A stretch of DNA of 64,000 nucleotides from positions 5,440,001-5,504,000 of the forward strand of contig OZ245002.1 of assembly GCA_965223415.1 (NCBI GenBank). The letters are read 5' to 3'. This DNA is from Myxococcota bacterium. Its GTDB lineage: Bacteria; Myxococcota_A; UBA9160; UBA6930. Shown here piece after piece: positions 11,522 to 20,999 of this stretch. The position numbers and the translations under genes are program-made. Each line of letters begins with the position of its first letter. Position 1 is the first letter of the stretch. The notes beneath the pieces are model-generated. The model did no database searches and was not told the origin of the DNA. It worked only from the letters and a program-made list of their open reading frames with translations.

Positions 11522-12940
11522 ATGACGACCCAGCCCCCCATCGAAGCCCTGTCCCAACGACTCCGATCCCAACGCGCCGCCTTCGCCGCGGAGCCGTACC
11601 CGACGCTGGCTCGGCGGCGCGAGTGGATCGATCGCATCCTCGACATGACCGCCCGCTACCAGCACGAGATCGTCGAGGCGGCACACGTGGATTTCGGGGG
11701 CCGCGCGCCGGCCGAGACGACCATGGTCGAGGTCTTCGGAACGACCGCCAACGCGCGCAACACAAAACGCCGCCTGAAGAAGTGGATGCGCGCTCGCCGG
11801 ATGCCCACCGCGCCGCCCTTCCGGCCCGGCTACAACCGTCTCATGGCGCAGCCCGTAGGCGTCGTCGGTGTGATCGCGCCGTGGAACCTCGCCTACAACC
11901 TCTCGATGGGGCCGGCGATCGCAGCGTTTGCCGCGGGGAACCGTGTCATGTTGAAGCCAAGCGAGATCACGCCGGCCAGTGCCGAGCTGATCCGTCGCAT
12001 GGTCGGCGAGAACTTCGACCCCGACGAGTTCGACGTCTTCCCGGGTGGTCCGGAGCTGGCTGCTGCCTTCTCGGAGCTTCCCTTCGACCATCTCCTCTAC
12101 ACGGGATCGACGTCGATCGGTCGGCGCGTGGCCGAGGCCGCCGCGCGCAACCTCACGCCGGTCACGCTCGAGCTCGGCGGCAAGAGCCCCGTCATCATCG
12201 ACGACTCCGCGGACTTCAAGCGAGCGGCACGGCGCATCGCGTTCGCCAAGCTCCTCAATGGCGGCCAGATCTGCATCGCCCCCGACTACGCGCTCGTGCC
12301 GCGTTCACGGCGTGACGAGTTCGCCCAGGCGGTCATCGCGGAGGCGTGTGACCTCTACCCCGACGCCACTACGAACGACGACTACTGCTCGATCGTGTCC
12401 GACCGGCATCATGAGCGCCTGCTCGGGCTGTTGTCGGAGGCGAGAGCCGCTGGCACCGAGGTGTTGAACGTGGCGCGCATCGAAGAGAGCCACGATCGCC
12501 GGATCCCCATGCAGATCCTGCTCGACCCGGACGAGAAGCTCGGCGTCATGAAGGAGGAGATCTTCGGGCCGCTCCTGCCCGTCGTCTCCTACGAAACGCC
12601 CGATGAGGCCATCCGCTACGTGAACGAACGGCCGCGCCCCCTCGCGCTCTACTGGTTCGGCCAGGATCAGAAGCGTCGAGAAGAGGTGCTCCACCAGACG
12701 ATTAGCGGTGGCGTCACGATCAACGACGCGATCTGGCACTTCGCCCAGGAGGACCAACCCTTCGGCGGTGTCGGCGAGAGCGGCATGGGCGCCTATCACG
12801 GCGAGGCGGGCTTCCGCACCTTCTCGAAGGAGAAACCCGTCTACCACTCGGCGGCGTGGCCGTACTCGATGGCGATGTTCCAACCGCCCTATTCCGACCG
12901 CACCCTGAAGCTACTGGAATTCCTGCGGCGGATCGTTTGA
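11522..12940 (+). CDS. Aldehyde dehydrogenase (coniferyl-aldehyde DH-like)
   Basis: TLELGGKSP, NGGQICIAPDY, EEIFGP and PFGGVGESGMGAYHG motifs; AGGAG RBS. Confidence 0.92.
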   Translation: MTTQPPIEALSQRLRSQRAAFAAEPYPTLARRREWIDRILDMTARYQHEIVEAAHVDFGGRAPAETTMVEVFGTTANARNTKRRLKKWMRARRMPTAPPFRPGYNRLMAQPVGVVGVIAPWNLAYNLSMGPAIAAFAAGNRVMLKPSEITPASAELIRRMVGENFDPDEFDVFPGGPELAAAFSELPFDHLLYTGSTSIGRRVAEAAARNLTPVTLELGGKSPVIIDDSADFKRAARRIAFAKLLNGGQICIAPDYALVPRSRRDEFAQAVIAEACDLYPDATTNDDYCSIVSDRHHERLLGLLSEARAAGTEVLNVARIEESHDRRIPMQILLDPDEKLGVMKEEIFGPLLPVVSYETPDEAIRYVNERPRPLALYWFGQDQKRREEVLHQTISGGVTINDAIWHFAQEDQPFGGVGESGMGAYHGEAGFRTFSKEKPVYHSAAWPYSMAMFQPPYSDRTLKLLEFLRRIV

Positions 12941-12983
12941 CCGCGAATCCACCGACCCAATCCGACTCACAAGGAGAGAACCC

Positions 12984-13763
12984 ATGTCAGAAGAGACCTC
13001 CGTGAGCTACGAGCAGGACGGCCCGCTGGGCATCCTGACGATGCACCACGCCCCGCACAATCTGCTGGGTCCTCCCTTGATGAAGGGCGTGCGCGACGCG
13101 CTGGCCACCGCAGAGAAGGAAGGTGCGAGAGCGGTCCTCCTCAAGAGCGGCTTGCGGCATTTCTCGGCGGGCGCCGACATCGCGCTCTTCGAAGGCGCCA
13201 TGGACGGAGGCGGCGGACTCGAGCTCTCGCCTGTCAACTTCCTGAAGGTGCTCGAGGCGTTCCCGCTGCCGATGGTGGCAGCCGTGCACGGCGTCTGTGT
13301 CGGCGGCGGTCTGGAGCCCGCCCTCACGTGCGACTTCATCATCGCCGCGCGCTCTTCGAAGATCGGATCGGTCGAGGCCACGATCGGGCTCAATCCGCTC
13401 ATGGGCGCGATCCAACGGCAGGTCCAGCGGGCCGGGGCGCTCCGCGCCAAGGAGATGTCGATGCTCGGCCGGCGCTATGACGCCGAGACCCTCGAACGCT
13501 GGAATCTCGTGAACCGCGTGGTCGACGACGAGAACCTCGAAGCGGCCGCCCACGCCGTGGCGATGGAACTCGCCAACGGTCCGACGGTCGCACACCGCAT
13601 CACGAAGGAGCTCGCGCGCATTGCGGAAGACGAAGGCGTTGCAGCGGCGGACGCGGTGATGGAGGAGAAGCAGAAGGCGCTCTGGTCGTCCGAGGATCTG
13701 AAGATCGGCCTCGAATCGCTCATGAAGAACGGTCCGGGCCTCGCCCGCTTCGAGGGGAGGTAA
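12984..13763 (+). CDS. Enoyl-CoA hydratase/isomerase family
   Basis: FSAGADI and AAVHGVCVGGGLE motifs. Confidence 0.9.
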   Translation: MSEETSVSYEQDGPLGILTMHHAPHNLLGPPLMKGVRDALATAEKEGARAVLLKSGLRHFSAGADIALFEGAMDGGGGLELSPVNFLKVLEAFPLPMVAAVHGVCVGGGLEPALTCDFIIAARSSKIGSVEATIGLNPLMGAIQRQVQRAGALRAKEMSMLGRRYDAETLERWNLVNRVVDDENLEAAAHAVAMELANGPTVAHRITKELARIAEDEGVAAADAVMEEKQKALWSSEDLKIGLESLMKNGPGLARFEGR

Positions 13764-13766
13764 ACC

Positions 13767-15089
13767 ATGTCGGGACCTCTCGAAGGACTCAAGGTCGTCG
13801 ATTTTTCGCGCGTATTGGCCGGTCCGCTCTGCGCGCGCACGCTGCAGGACCTCGGCGCGGAGGTGCTCAAGATCGAGCCGCCGCGTGCAGACGTCTCCCG
13901 CTTCTCGGCTCCGATCAATCCCAACGGCATGTCGGGCTACTACGCCCAACAGAACGCCGGCAAGCGGAACATCTCGATCGATCTCAATCGGCCGGAGGCG
14001 CGGGAGATCGCGCTCAAGCTATGTGACGAAGCGGACGTACTCGTCGAGAATTTCCGGCCGGGGGCACTCGGTGCATTCGGGCTCGACTACGCGACGCTCG
14101 CCGAGCGTAATCCGCGACTCATCTACGTCTCGATCTCGGGCTACGGGCAAGGCGGTCCCTTCAAGGGGCGCATGGCCTACGCGCCGACCGTTCAGGCCGA
14201 GGCGGGCTTCACCCATCACTCCCTTCGCCACTTCGGGGAGAATCTCCAGGCGCCCCAGACCGACGCCCTCTCCCACGCCGACGTCTACGCCGGCTTGCAG
14301 GGGGTGATCGCGGTGCTCGCCGCCGTCCGCCAGAGGGAGACGACGGGGACCGGGCAGCACATCGACGTGGCGATGGCGGCAACGGTGATCGCGATCAACG
14401 AGCGCGCGCACGTCGATCTCAACGGGCTCGAGCTCGAGGACGAGCCCGCGATCCTCGGCGCGACCGATGGCTCGTTCTTCACGGGACCGGGTGGCGAGCC
14501 GTTCATCTCCGCGATCAGCATCGTCGGAACGATCACCTTCCGCTTCTTCATGGCGGCGATGCGCCGACCCGACCTCGCCCTCGACCCGCGCTTCGCAACA
14601 CCCGGCGCGCGCCGGGCGAACCTCGAATCCCTGAAAGACGTGATCCAGTCGTGGATCTACTCCTTCCCCGACATGGCCTCCCTCGACGCTCAGCTCGACG
14701 AAGCGAAGATCGCGATCGGAGAGATCCGACCGCTCCAAGAAGTGGCCGAGTCCGAGTGGGCCGACTACTGGACTGCGACCCACGAGGTCTCGGACCGCAA
14801 CGGCGGCTCGTTTCGGCTACCGGGCCGACCGTGGAGGTTCTCGGGCGCGGAACTCTCTCCGCCCGGCGAGCCAGCGCTCCAGGGCGAGCACAACGCTCAG
14901 GTCTGCTCCGAGCTCGGACTCGACGATGCCGCAGTCAAGGAACTCGAAGAAGCGGGCGTACTGGTCGGAAACTTCGCAGCGCGAATGATCGAGAGCGTCG
15001 AGCAGAGTGTCGCGGCCGATCTCGCGCGGATCAACGCGGCACCCGAAGTGGCCGATTCGTCGGAAGGCGCGGGAGATCGACCTGAATGA
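13767..15089 (+). CDS. CaiB/BaiF class III CoA-transferase
   Basis: PLEGLKVVDFSRVLAGP, NAGKR, ENFRPG and SISGYGQ motifs. Confidence 0.92.
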   Translation: MSGPLEGLKVVDFSRVLAGPLCARTLQDLGAEVLKIEPPRADVSRFSAPINPNGMSGYYAQQNAGKRNISIDLNRPEAREIALKLCDEADVLVENFRPGALGAFGLDYATLAERNPRLIYVSISGYGQGGPFKGRMAYAPTVQAEAGFTHHSLRHFGENLQAPQTDALSHADVYAGLQGVIAVLAAVRQRETTGTGQHIDVAMAATVIAINERAHVDLNGLELEDEPAILGATDGSFFTGPGGEPFISAISIVGTITFRFFMAAMRRPDLALDPRFATPGARRANLESLKDVIQSWIYSFPDMASLDAQLDEAKIAIGEIRPLQEVAESEWADYWTATHEVSDRNGGSFRLPGRPWRFSGAELSPPGEPALQGEHNAQVCSELGLDDAAVKELEEAGVLVGNFAARMIESVEQSVAADLARINAAPEVADSSEGAGDRPE

Positions 15090-16351
15090 CGACGGTCGAC
15101 GAGACCCACGACCCGCAGCTCCGGAGCTGGGTCACGAGCGCGAACGATCCCGACTCGGACTTTCCGATCCAGAATCTCCCGTTCGGCATCTATCGATCGC
15201 GCGACGCCGGATCGCAATGGCGGGGCGGTGTGGCAATCGGCGACCAGGTCTTCGACCTGGCCGCCGTCGACGCGGAGACCGGCCCGACCTTGAACCCACT
15301 GGCTGCTGCCGGTCGATCGACCTGGCGAGACTTGCGCCAGAGGCTCTCGCACGCGCTTTCCGATCGGGGCCACTCCGCGAAGCTCGAGCGATACCTGACT
15401 TCCCTTTCGGACGTCGAGCTCGGTCTCCCCGTCGCCGTCGGCGACTACACCGACTTCTACAGCTCGTATTTCCATGCGTATCACGCAGGGCAGCTCTTTC
15501 GTCCCGATGATCCGCTCACGCCGAACTTCAAGTGGATTCCCATCGGCTACCACGGCCGGTCCTCGTCGATCGTGCCGAGCGGAGCTCCCGTCTACCGGCC
15601 GTCGGGGCAACAGTCGCCCGAAGGCGAGGGCCCGCCGATGTTCGGCCCCTCGAAGGCACTGGACTACGAGGTCGAGCTCGGACTCGTCGTCGGCCCGGGG
15701 AACGAGCGCGGCAATGCGATCCCCATCGATCGTGCGGAGGACCATCTCTTCGGTGTCGTTCTTCTGAATGACTGGTCCGCGCGCGACGTTCAGGCCTGGG
15801 AGTATCAACCGCTCGGCCCCTTCCTCTCGAAAAGCTTCGCGACGACACTATCGCCTTGGGTCGTCACCCTCGAGGCGCTCGCGCCGTTTCGCGCCCCCGC
15901 CTTCGCGCGTTCGCAGGGGGATCCGGAGCCGCTGCCCTACCTGACCGATTCGCGCAACGAAAAGCGGGGCCACTTCGACATCCAGGTCGAGGCGTGGATC
16001 AGGACGGCGGACGCGACCCGGCCGTATCGCCTGTCTCATAGCTCGTATGCGACGAGCTATTGGACAGCCGCGCAGCTCATCACGCACCACACCTCCAACG
16101 GCTGCCCTCTCGAGCCAGGTGATCTCCTGGGAACCGGAACCGTGTCAGGACCGAACCCGGAAGAGGCAGGGACGTTGCTCGAGCTGTCGAAAGCCGGCGC
16201 ATCGCCAGTAGTGCTGCCCGACGGTGCCAAGCGCGGATTCCTCGAGGATGGTGATGAGCTCGTGCTGCGCGCAGGCTGCAATGCGGAAGGCTACCGAGGA
16301 ATCGGGTTCGGTGAGGCAACCGGAACGGTGGCTGCCACGGTCGATTCTTGA
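15086..16351 (+). CDS. fahA: Fumarylacetoacetase
   Basis: DFPIQNLPFG, DYTDFY, GYHGRSSS, LDYEVE and NDWSARDVQAWEYQPLGPFLSKSF motifs. Confidence 0.92.
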   Translation: MTTVDETHDPQLRSWVTSANDPDSDFPIQNLPFGIYRSRDAGSQWRGGVAIGDQVFDLAAVDAETGPTLNPLAAAGRSTWRDLRQRLSHALSDRGHSAKLERYLTSLSDVELGLPVAVGDYTDFYSSYFHAYHAGQLFRPDDPLTPNFKWIPIGYHGRSSSIVPSGAPVYRPSGQQSPEGEGPPMFGPSKALDYEVELGLVVGPGNERGNAIPIDRAEDHLFGVVLLNDWSARDVQAWEYQPLGPFLSKSFATTLSPWVVTLEALAPFRAPAFARSQGDPEPLPYLTDSRNEKRGHFDIQVEAWIRTADATRPYRLSHSSYATSYWTAAQLITHHTSNGCPLEPGDLLGTGTVSGPNPEEAGTLLELSKAGASPVVLPDGAKRGFLEDGDELVLRAGCNAEGYRGIGFGEATGTVAATVDS

Positions 16352-16542
16352 ATCGAACTGCAGCGGTCGAGACCCCTGGCACCGATTTCTCACCGCAGAT
16401 CAACGCATTGCTCCGCCAGCGAGCTCTCGCGAGTGTGCGGAGACACCGCGAGAGCTGCAGCCTATCCGACGGTTCGGTTGCGCCGGAGCCTCCGGGCAGG
16501 CGATCCCAGGTCCGATCGACCAGGCGGACCCAGACCCCCAGA

Positions 16543-16739
16543 TGCTCGATGTCGAACGGCCGGACAACACAGTTCGGACAGACGCGCGCATCCAGGCGTC
16601 AGGACTCCGAGATCGGGCGCTCGCCGCGACAACCAAGCGCAGCCAAAGCCCCGAACCAAGCACCGCCAGAACGCGAATTCCTCAGCGAATCCAGCGGCTT
16701 GTGGCGGGGCGGACGGGACTCGAACCCGCAACTTCCGGC
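16543..16739. repeat. ~197-bp direct repeat, copy B
   Basis: Matches 9855-10051; includes the 3' half of the intact tRNA-Asp. Confidence 0.9.
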
Positions 16740-16778
16740 GTGACAGGCCGGTGCTCTAACCAATTGAACTACCGCCCC
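16702..16778 (-). tRNA. tRNA-Asp(GTC)
   Basis: GGGGCGGTAGTTCAATTGGTTAGAGCACCGGCCTGTCACGCCGGAAGTTGCGGGTTCGAGTCCCGTCCGCCCCGCCA; full cloverleaf with CCA. Confidence 0.97.
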
Positions 16779-16817
16779 GCGGCGGGCTCAGGAAGTAGCT
16801 GATCGGCCCTTGGGGCG

Positions 16818-17792
16818 CTAGCGATCGGGCGCCTTCGAGGCGGGAGTCGCGGTCTCGCGGGCCTCGGCGCGGGCGGCCTGGCGCGCCGCGCGGCGGTCGG
16901 CGCGGATCGCGTCCTTGGGGAAGCGCCAGGTGAGGCTCCCCTCCGTCGCGTCGGCCACCGCCCGGATCTCCGCCACCTCGTCCGGGAGCTTCTCCGCGCG
17001 CCGACCGCTGCGCAGCTTGTGGGCGACGCGACGCACGGCGTCCTGGAGGAGCAGCCACTCCACGTAGCCGGGCTCGATCCAGTCGGGATCCGCCTCGGTG
17101 GCGTAGCCCTCGAAGTAGGCCTCCAGGGTGTCCGAGTCGTTGGCCGTCTTGAGCAGGGTGGCCAGGGAGCAGCCGCGCGGTGCGAGACCGATGGCCTCTT
17201 CGTCCACGTAGCGGAGGTCGTCGTCGTCGGGCCTCCACATGAAGTTGTCCTTGTGGACGTCGTCGATCTCGAGCTCCACGGGCAGGCCGTGGCGGAGGGC
17301 GTGGCGCAGGGCCTTGCGGAGCACCCGGCCCACGCTGCGGCCCGGGAGCCCGGCGCGGGTCGCGACCGTGGCGAGGTCCGCGACGAAGCGGCCGAGGGCC
17401 GTGAGCGAGGCGAGCCATCGCGGGGGCGTGGGCATCGCGTCGTGCGGGGCGCGGCCCATCGTGTGGAGGCGTGCCGCGAGGCTTCCGACGCGGCCGGCCT
17501 GGGCGAGCAGCTCGTGGCGGGTGAGGGGCCGGTGGTCGGCGAGCAGGTCGAGGAGCAAGAAGCGGCCGTTTCGCGCGACGAAGGGTGGGAAGAGCCAGGG
17601 CAGCCCGCGCACCAGGGCCTCGATCTCTCTCGCGCGGCGCTCACCGGCGCAGGCGCGCAGCTTGTAGGCGCGGCCCGCCCCGTCGGTCACGCGGAAGGCG
17701 GTGCCGCTGTGGGCGCCCTCCCCGCCCAGGCCTTCCAGCGCGACGAGCCGGCGCTCCGGCTCGAAGGGCCGCTCCTCGAGGATCGGATGCAT
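16818..17792 (-). CDS. Aminoglycoside/choline-kinase-like phosphotransferase
   Basis: AYKLR, AARLH, DDVHKDNF (DxxxxN) and YVDEE motifs; start MHPILEE. Confidence 0.7.
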   Translation of the reverse strand: MHPILEERPFEPERRLVALEGLGGEGAHSGTAFRVTDGAGRAYKLRACAGERRAREIEALVRGLPWLFPPFVARNGRFLLLDLLADHRPLTRHELLAQAGRVGSLAARLHTMGRAPHDAMPTPPRWLASLTALGRFVADLATVATRAGLPGRSVGRVLRKALRHALRHGLPVELEIDDVHKDNFMWRPDDDDLRYVDEEAIGLAPRGCSLATLLKTANDSDTLEAYFEGYATEADPDWIEPGYVEWLLLQDAVRRVAHKLRSGRRAEKLPDEVAEIRAVADATEGSLTWRFPKDAIRADRRAARQAARAEARETATPASKAPDR

Positions 17793-17809
17793 GGCGCGGC
17801 GGCGGAGCG

Positions 17810-18481
17810 CTAGGCGCCGCTCCCGCTCCCACCCTGCTGCTGTTGCTGCTGGGCGACCTGCATCTGGATCGCCTGCATCTGCATCATCAGCGTCATGTCG
17901 CCCTCGACCTGGATCTTGCCGGACATGAAGGCGGTCATCGGATCGAGCTCGCCGCTCTCCATGGCGGCGGCGTCCTCGCCGGTGATCCGCACCGTGGTCG
18001 TTGCCTCGTCGGGGATCGGGCCCTGGCCGAGGCAGAAGCCCACGCTCCAGGCCTCGTCGGCGGCGACCACCATGCGGATCAGGCCCGAGAGCTGCTGCAT
18101 CTCCGCCAGGGCCTGGGGCGTGGGCGCACCGCCCAGCCCCGGGGCGCCGTCGCCGGCCTGCTTGAGCGCGTCGGGCCGGAAGAAGAGCGAGGCGCCCTTG
18201 CCGATCGCCCCGCCGCGGCCCTCCCACAGGGCGCCCTGCCAGTCCGCCACGCTCTGGACGTAGGTGAAGGCGGCCTCGTCCCGCGAGCTGGCCTCGATCG
18301 TGACCTGCCCCCCGGCCACGTGGACCACCCACTCGCCCCCGCCCTCTCCTTCGAGCCGAACCCCGAGCTTCACGTCCACCTCGTCGGCCCCGGGCATGGG
18401 ACCGGCCTCGGCGAAGGCCTTCGGCAGCCATTCCTCCAGGAAGGCGGCCGGGGCGAGGGGGGCGTCGGGAAAGGCGGGCAT
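17810..18481 (-). CDS. SCP2 sterol/lipid-carrier domain protein (probably tandem SCP2)
   Basis: LEGEGGGEWVVHV and ELDPMTAFMSGKIQVEGDM motifs; poly-Q tail. Confidence 0.8.
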   Translation of the reverse strand: MPAFPDAPLAPAAFLEEWLPKAFAEAGPMPGADEVDVKLGVRLEGEGGGEWVVHVAGGQVTIEASSRDEAAFTYVQSVADWQGALWEGRGGAIGKGASLFFRPDALKQAGDGAPGLGGAPTPQALAEMQQLSGLIRMVVAADEAWSVGFCLGQGPIPDEATTTVRITGEDAAAMESGELDPMTAFMSGKIQVEGDMTLMMQMQAIQMQVAQQQQQQGGSGSGA

Positions 18482-18555
18482 GAGACCTCCTGGGAGCCCG
18501 CAGTGTAACGACCCCCCTGCGGGTCCGGGCGCGGCGCGCGCCGTGCGCTAGAAAC

Positions 18556-19800
18556 ATGCGGATGCTCGCCATCCTCCGCCGTGCAGCCCGGCGCCGTCAC
18601 GAGCGGCGGAACGAGCGGGTGCGCAGCGCCGATGCCCTCGAGCAGCTCGGACGCTACGGCGAAGCGCGAGCCGTCTACGCCGAGGCGTTGGAGCGGGAGC
18701 CGGCCCACGCCGGCGCCCTGCGGCGACTCGCCGCGCTCTCGCAGCTCGAGGATCGCATCGACGAGGCCGAGGATCTCTGGCGACGGCTCCTGGCCGAGCG
18801 ACCCGAACGGGCCGACGCCTGCCATGAGCTCGCCCGCCTGCGTCTTCGGGCGGGCGATCCCGAGGAGGCGCTGCGGCTCGCCACCCGCGCCGCCGAGCTG
18901 GCCCCGCCCGGCAAGCCCCATGCCCTGGCGCACCGGGCCAAGAACCTGCGCGATCACCTGGCGCGGGGCGAGGTGCCCCTGGCCGCCCGCCACCTGGCCA
19001 TCGCGGGCATGTCGTTCTGCGGCTCGACCCTGCTCGGCTACCTGCTCGGGAGCCGGCCGGACGCGGCGAACGTCGGCGAGTCCCACGCGCTGGTCTACCG
19101 CCGCCAGGGCATGCGACCGATTCCCGTCGACTACGCGAGCGACGAGCCAGAGGGCATGATCCGCTGCACGCTCTGCGGAGAGGGCGAGTGCCCGATCTGG
19201 ACCGTGCCGTTCCGGCGCACCCTCGCCGCCGACCCGATCGATTGGTACGGCAAGCTGGCGGTCCAGGCCGGCGCACCAATCCTCGTCTCCTCGGACAAGA
19301 GCCACGCCAAGCTCTCCGGGCTCGATCCCTTCAGCCGGCACGACGTGGTGATCCTGTTCAAGACGCCCTCGGTGCACTTCGCGTCGGCGCGGCTCCGGCC
19401 CCGGCCGCCGAAGGACCCGCAGCTCTACATGACCCGCTGGGAGCGCGAGTACGCTCGCCTGCTCCACGACCTGCCGGTGAAGGGCCGCAAGATCGTGCTG
19501 CACTTCGACGCCTTCCGGCGAGCGCCGGAGGTGCACCTGCGCCGGCTGCTCGAGCGACTCGACCTGCCCGTCTCGGATACGACGGACCCGCTCGAGGTCG
19601 ACCCGGCCCAGCACGTGATCGGCGGCAACCCGTACACCCGCCAGGACGTCCGTGAGGAAGGGCGACGGCTCGGGATCCGCACCGGCGACGTGCACGAGCT
19701 GCCGGACGAGGCGGGGCGGGCGATCGCCGAGCGCCAGGAGCGCAGCACGGTCTTCGCCGAGCTCCAGGAGCGACACGCCGAGAGCTTCGACGGATGCTGA
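18556..19800 (+). CDS. TPR-repeat plus sulfotransferase-fold protein
   Basis: N-terminal TPRs; AGMSFCGSTLL...NVGE, CTLCGEGECPIW, VSSDKS and HVIGGNP motifs. Confidence 0.75.
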   Translation: MRMLAILRRAARRRHERRNERVRSADALEQLGRYGEARAVYAEALEREPAHAGALRRLAALSQLEDRIDEAEDLWRRLLAERPERADACHELARLRLRAGDPEEALRLATRAAELAPPGKPHALAHRAKNLRDHLARGEVPLAARHLAIAGMSFCGSTLLGYLLGSRPDAANVGESHALVYRRQGMRPIPVDYASDEPEGMIRCTLCGEGECPIWTVPFRRTLAADPIDWYGKLAVQAGAPILVSSDKSHAKLSGLDPFSRHDVVILFKTPSVHFASARLRPRPPKDPQLYMTRWEREYARLLHDLPVKGRKIVLHFDAFRRAPEVHLRRLLERLDLPVSDTTDPLEVDPAQHVIGGNPYTRQDVREEGRRLGIRTGDVHELPDEAGRAIAERQERSTVFAELQERHAESFDGC

Positions 19801-20999
19801 AGAGGATCGCGCGGCGCCTGTCGGCGCGGCGGGTCCGCCAGGCGGAAGCCGCCCACGAGGCGCTGCACCTGCCGGAGGAGCGCGAGGCCTGGGAGGCGGT
19901 GCTGCGCACCCGGGCCGACCATCCCCGCGCGCTCCGGCGGGCGGCGGAGCTGGCCGCGCTTTGCGGCGATGCGGGCCGCGCGCGCGAGCTGTGGGAGCGG
20001 GCGCGGGACGTCCCCGACCTCGCCCTGCGCGCCCACGGCGAGCTCGCGCGCCGCACCTTCGAGGCCGGGGAGACCGAGCAGGCGCGCGCCCACGCCGACC
20101 GCTTCCTCGCCGAGAGCGAGCCCGAGCCCCGCGCCTTCAGCCTGCGGCGGCAGGTCGAGAGCCTGCGCGCCCACCTCGAATGCGACCCGGAGCGCAGCGA
20201 CGTCCGCCACGTCTGCGTCACCGGCGTCGCCTTCAGCGGGAGCACGCTGCTCGCGAACCTGCTCGGAGGCCAGCCGGGCCTCTCGAACATCGGCGAGAGC
20301 CACTGGCTCATCCACCGCCGGGTCGAGCGGGAGAGCTACGACATCGACTTCGACGCGGACCGGGAGGCGGCGGTCTTCCACTGCAACGGCTGCGGCCCGA
20401 CCTGCCCGCTGTGGACCTGGGAAGCACGCCGTGCCCTCTCCGAGGACCGGCGCGACTGGTTCCACCGCATCGGGCTCGCGCTCGGCACCCCCGTCCTGGT
20501 CTCCTCGGACAAGAACCAGCTCAAGCACCTGACCCAGGACCCGTGGCTGCGCTTCGATGCCCTCGTGCTGTTCCGGCACCCCCGCCACGCCTGGCACTCG
20601 GCGGTGCGGCCCGGACGCAAGTGGCGCGAGGTCGTCCCCTACCTAAAGCGGTGGGAGGAGCACTACCGGCGCCTGGCCTTCGACCTGCCCAACCGGGGCC
20701 GCAAGCTCTTCCTCGACCTGGATCGCTTTCGCGAGGACCCGGATCGCCACCTGGCACGGCTCGCGAGCCTGCTCGCCTTCCCCGATGCGGGAGCCGCCGG
20801 CGCGTCGCAGGCGGACCACTCCATCGGCGGCAACGCGCCGGTCGTGGCGGCCTTCCAGCGAGAAGGAGAGCCGGCCGTCGTCTCCCAGGAGAGCGCCGAG
20901 CTCACCGACGAGGAGGAGGCCCTCACTGAGCGCTTCGCGCGGGAGTCGGAGCTCTACGCCCACCTGGGCGCGCGCCATGCCGAGGCCTTCGGTCCGTGA
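19794..20999 (+). CDS. TPR-repeat plus sulfotransferase-fold protein (paralog)
   Basis: TGVAFSGSTLL...NIGE, CNGCGPTCPLW, VSSDKN and HSIGGNA motifs. Confidence 0.75.
   Translation: MLKRIARRLSARRVRQAEAAHEALHLPEEREAWEAVLRTRADHPRALRRAAELAALCGDAGRARELWERARDVPDLALRAHGELARRTFEAGETEQARAHADRFLAESEPEPRAFSLRRQVESLRAHLECDPERSDVRHVCVTGVAFSGSTLLANLLGGQPGLSNIGESHWLIHRRVERESYDIDFDADREAAVFHCNGCGPTCPLWTWEARRALSEDRRDWFHRIGLALGTPVLVSSDKNQLKHLTQDPWLRFDALVLFRHPRHAWHSAVRPGRKWREVVPYLKRWEEHYRRLAFDLPNRGRKLFLDLDRFREDPDRHLARLASLLAFPDAGAAGASQADHSIGGNAPVVAAFQREGEPAVVSQESAELTDEEEALTERFARESELYAHLGARHAEAFGP

Noticed and set aside
17833..17852. CAG-type repeat encoding poly-Q
   Set aside because: Short, imperfect low-complexity tail; no evidence for phase variation.
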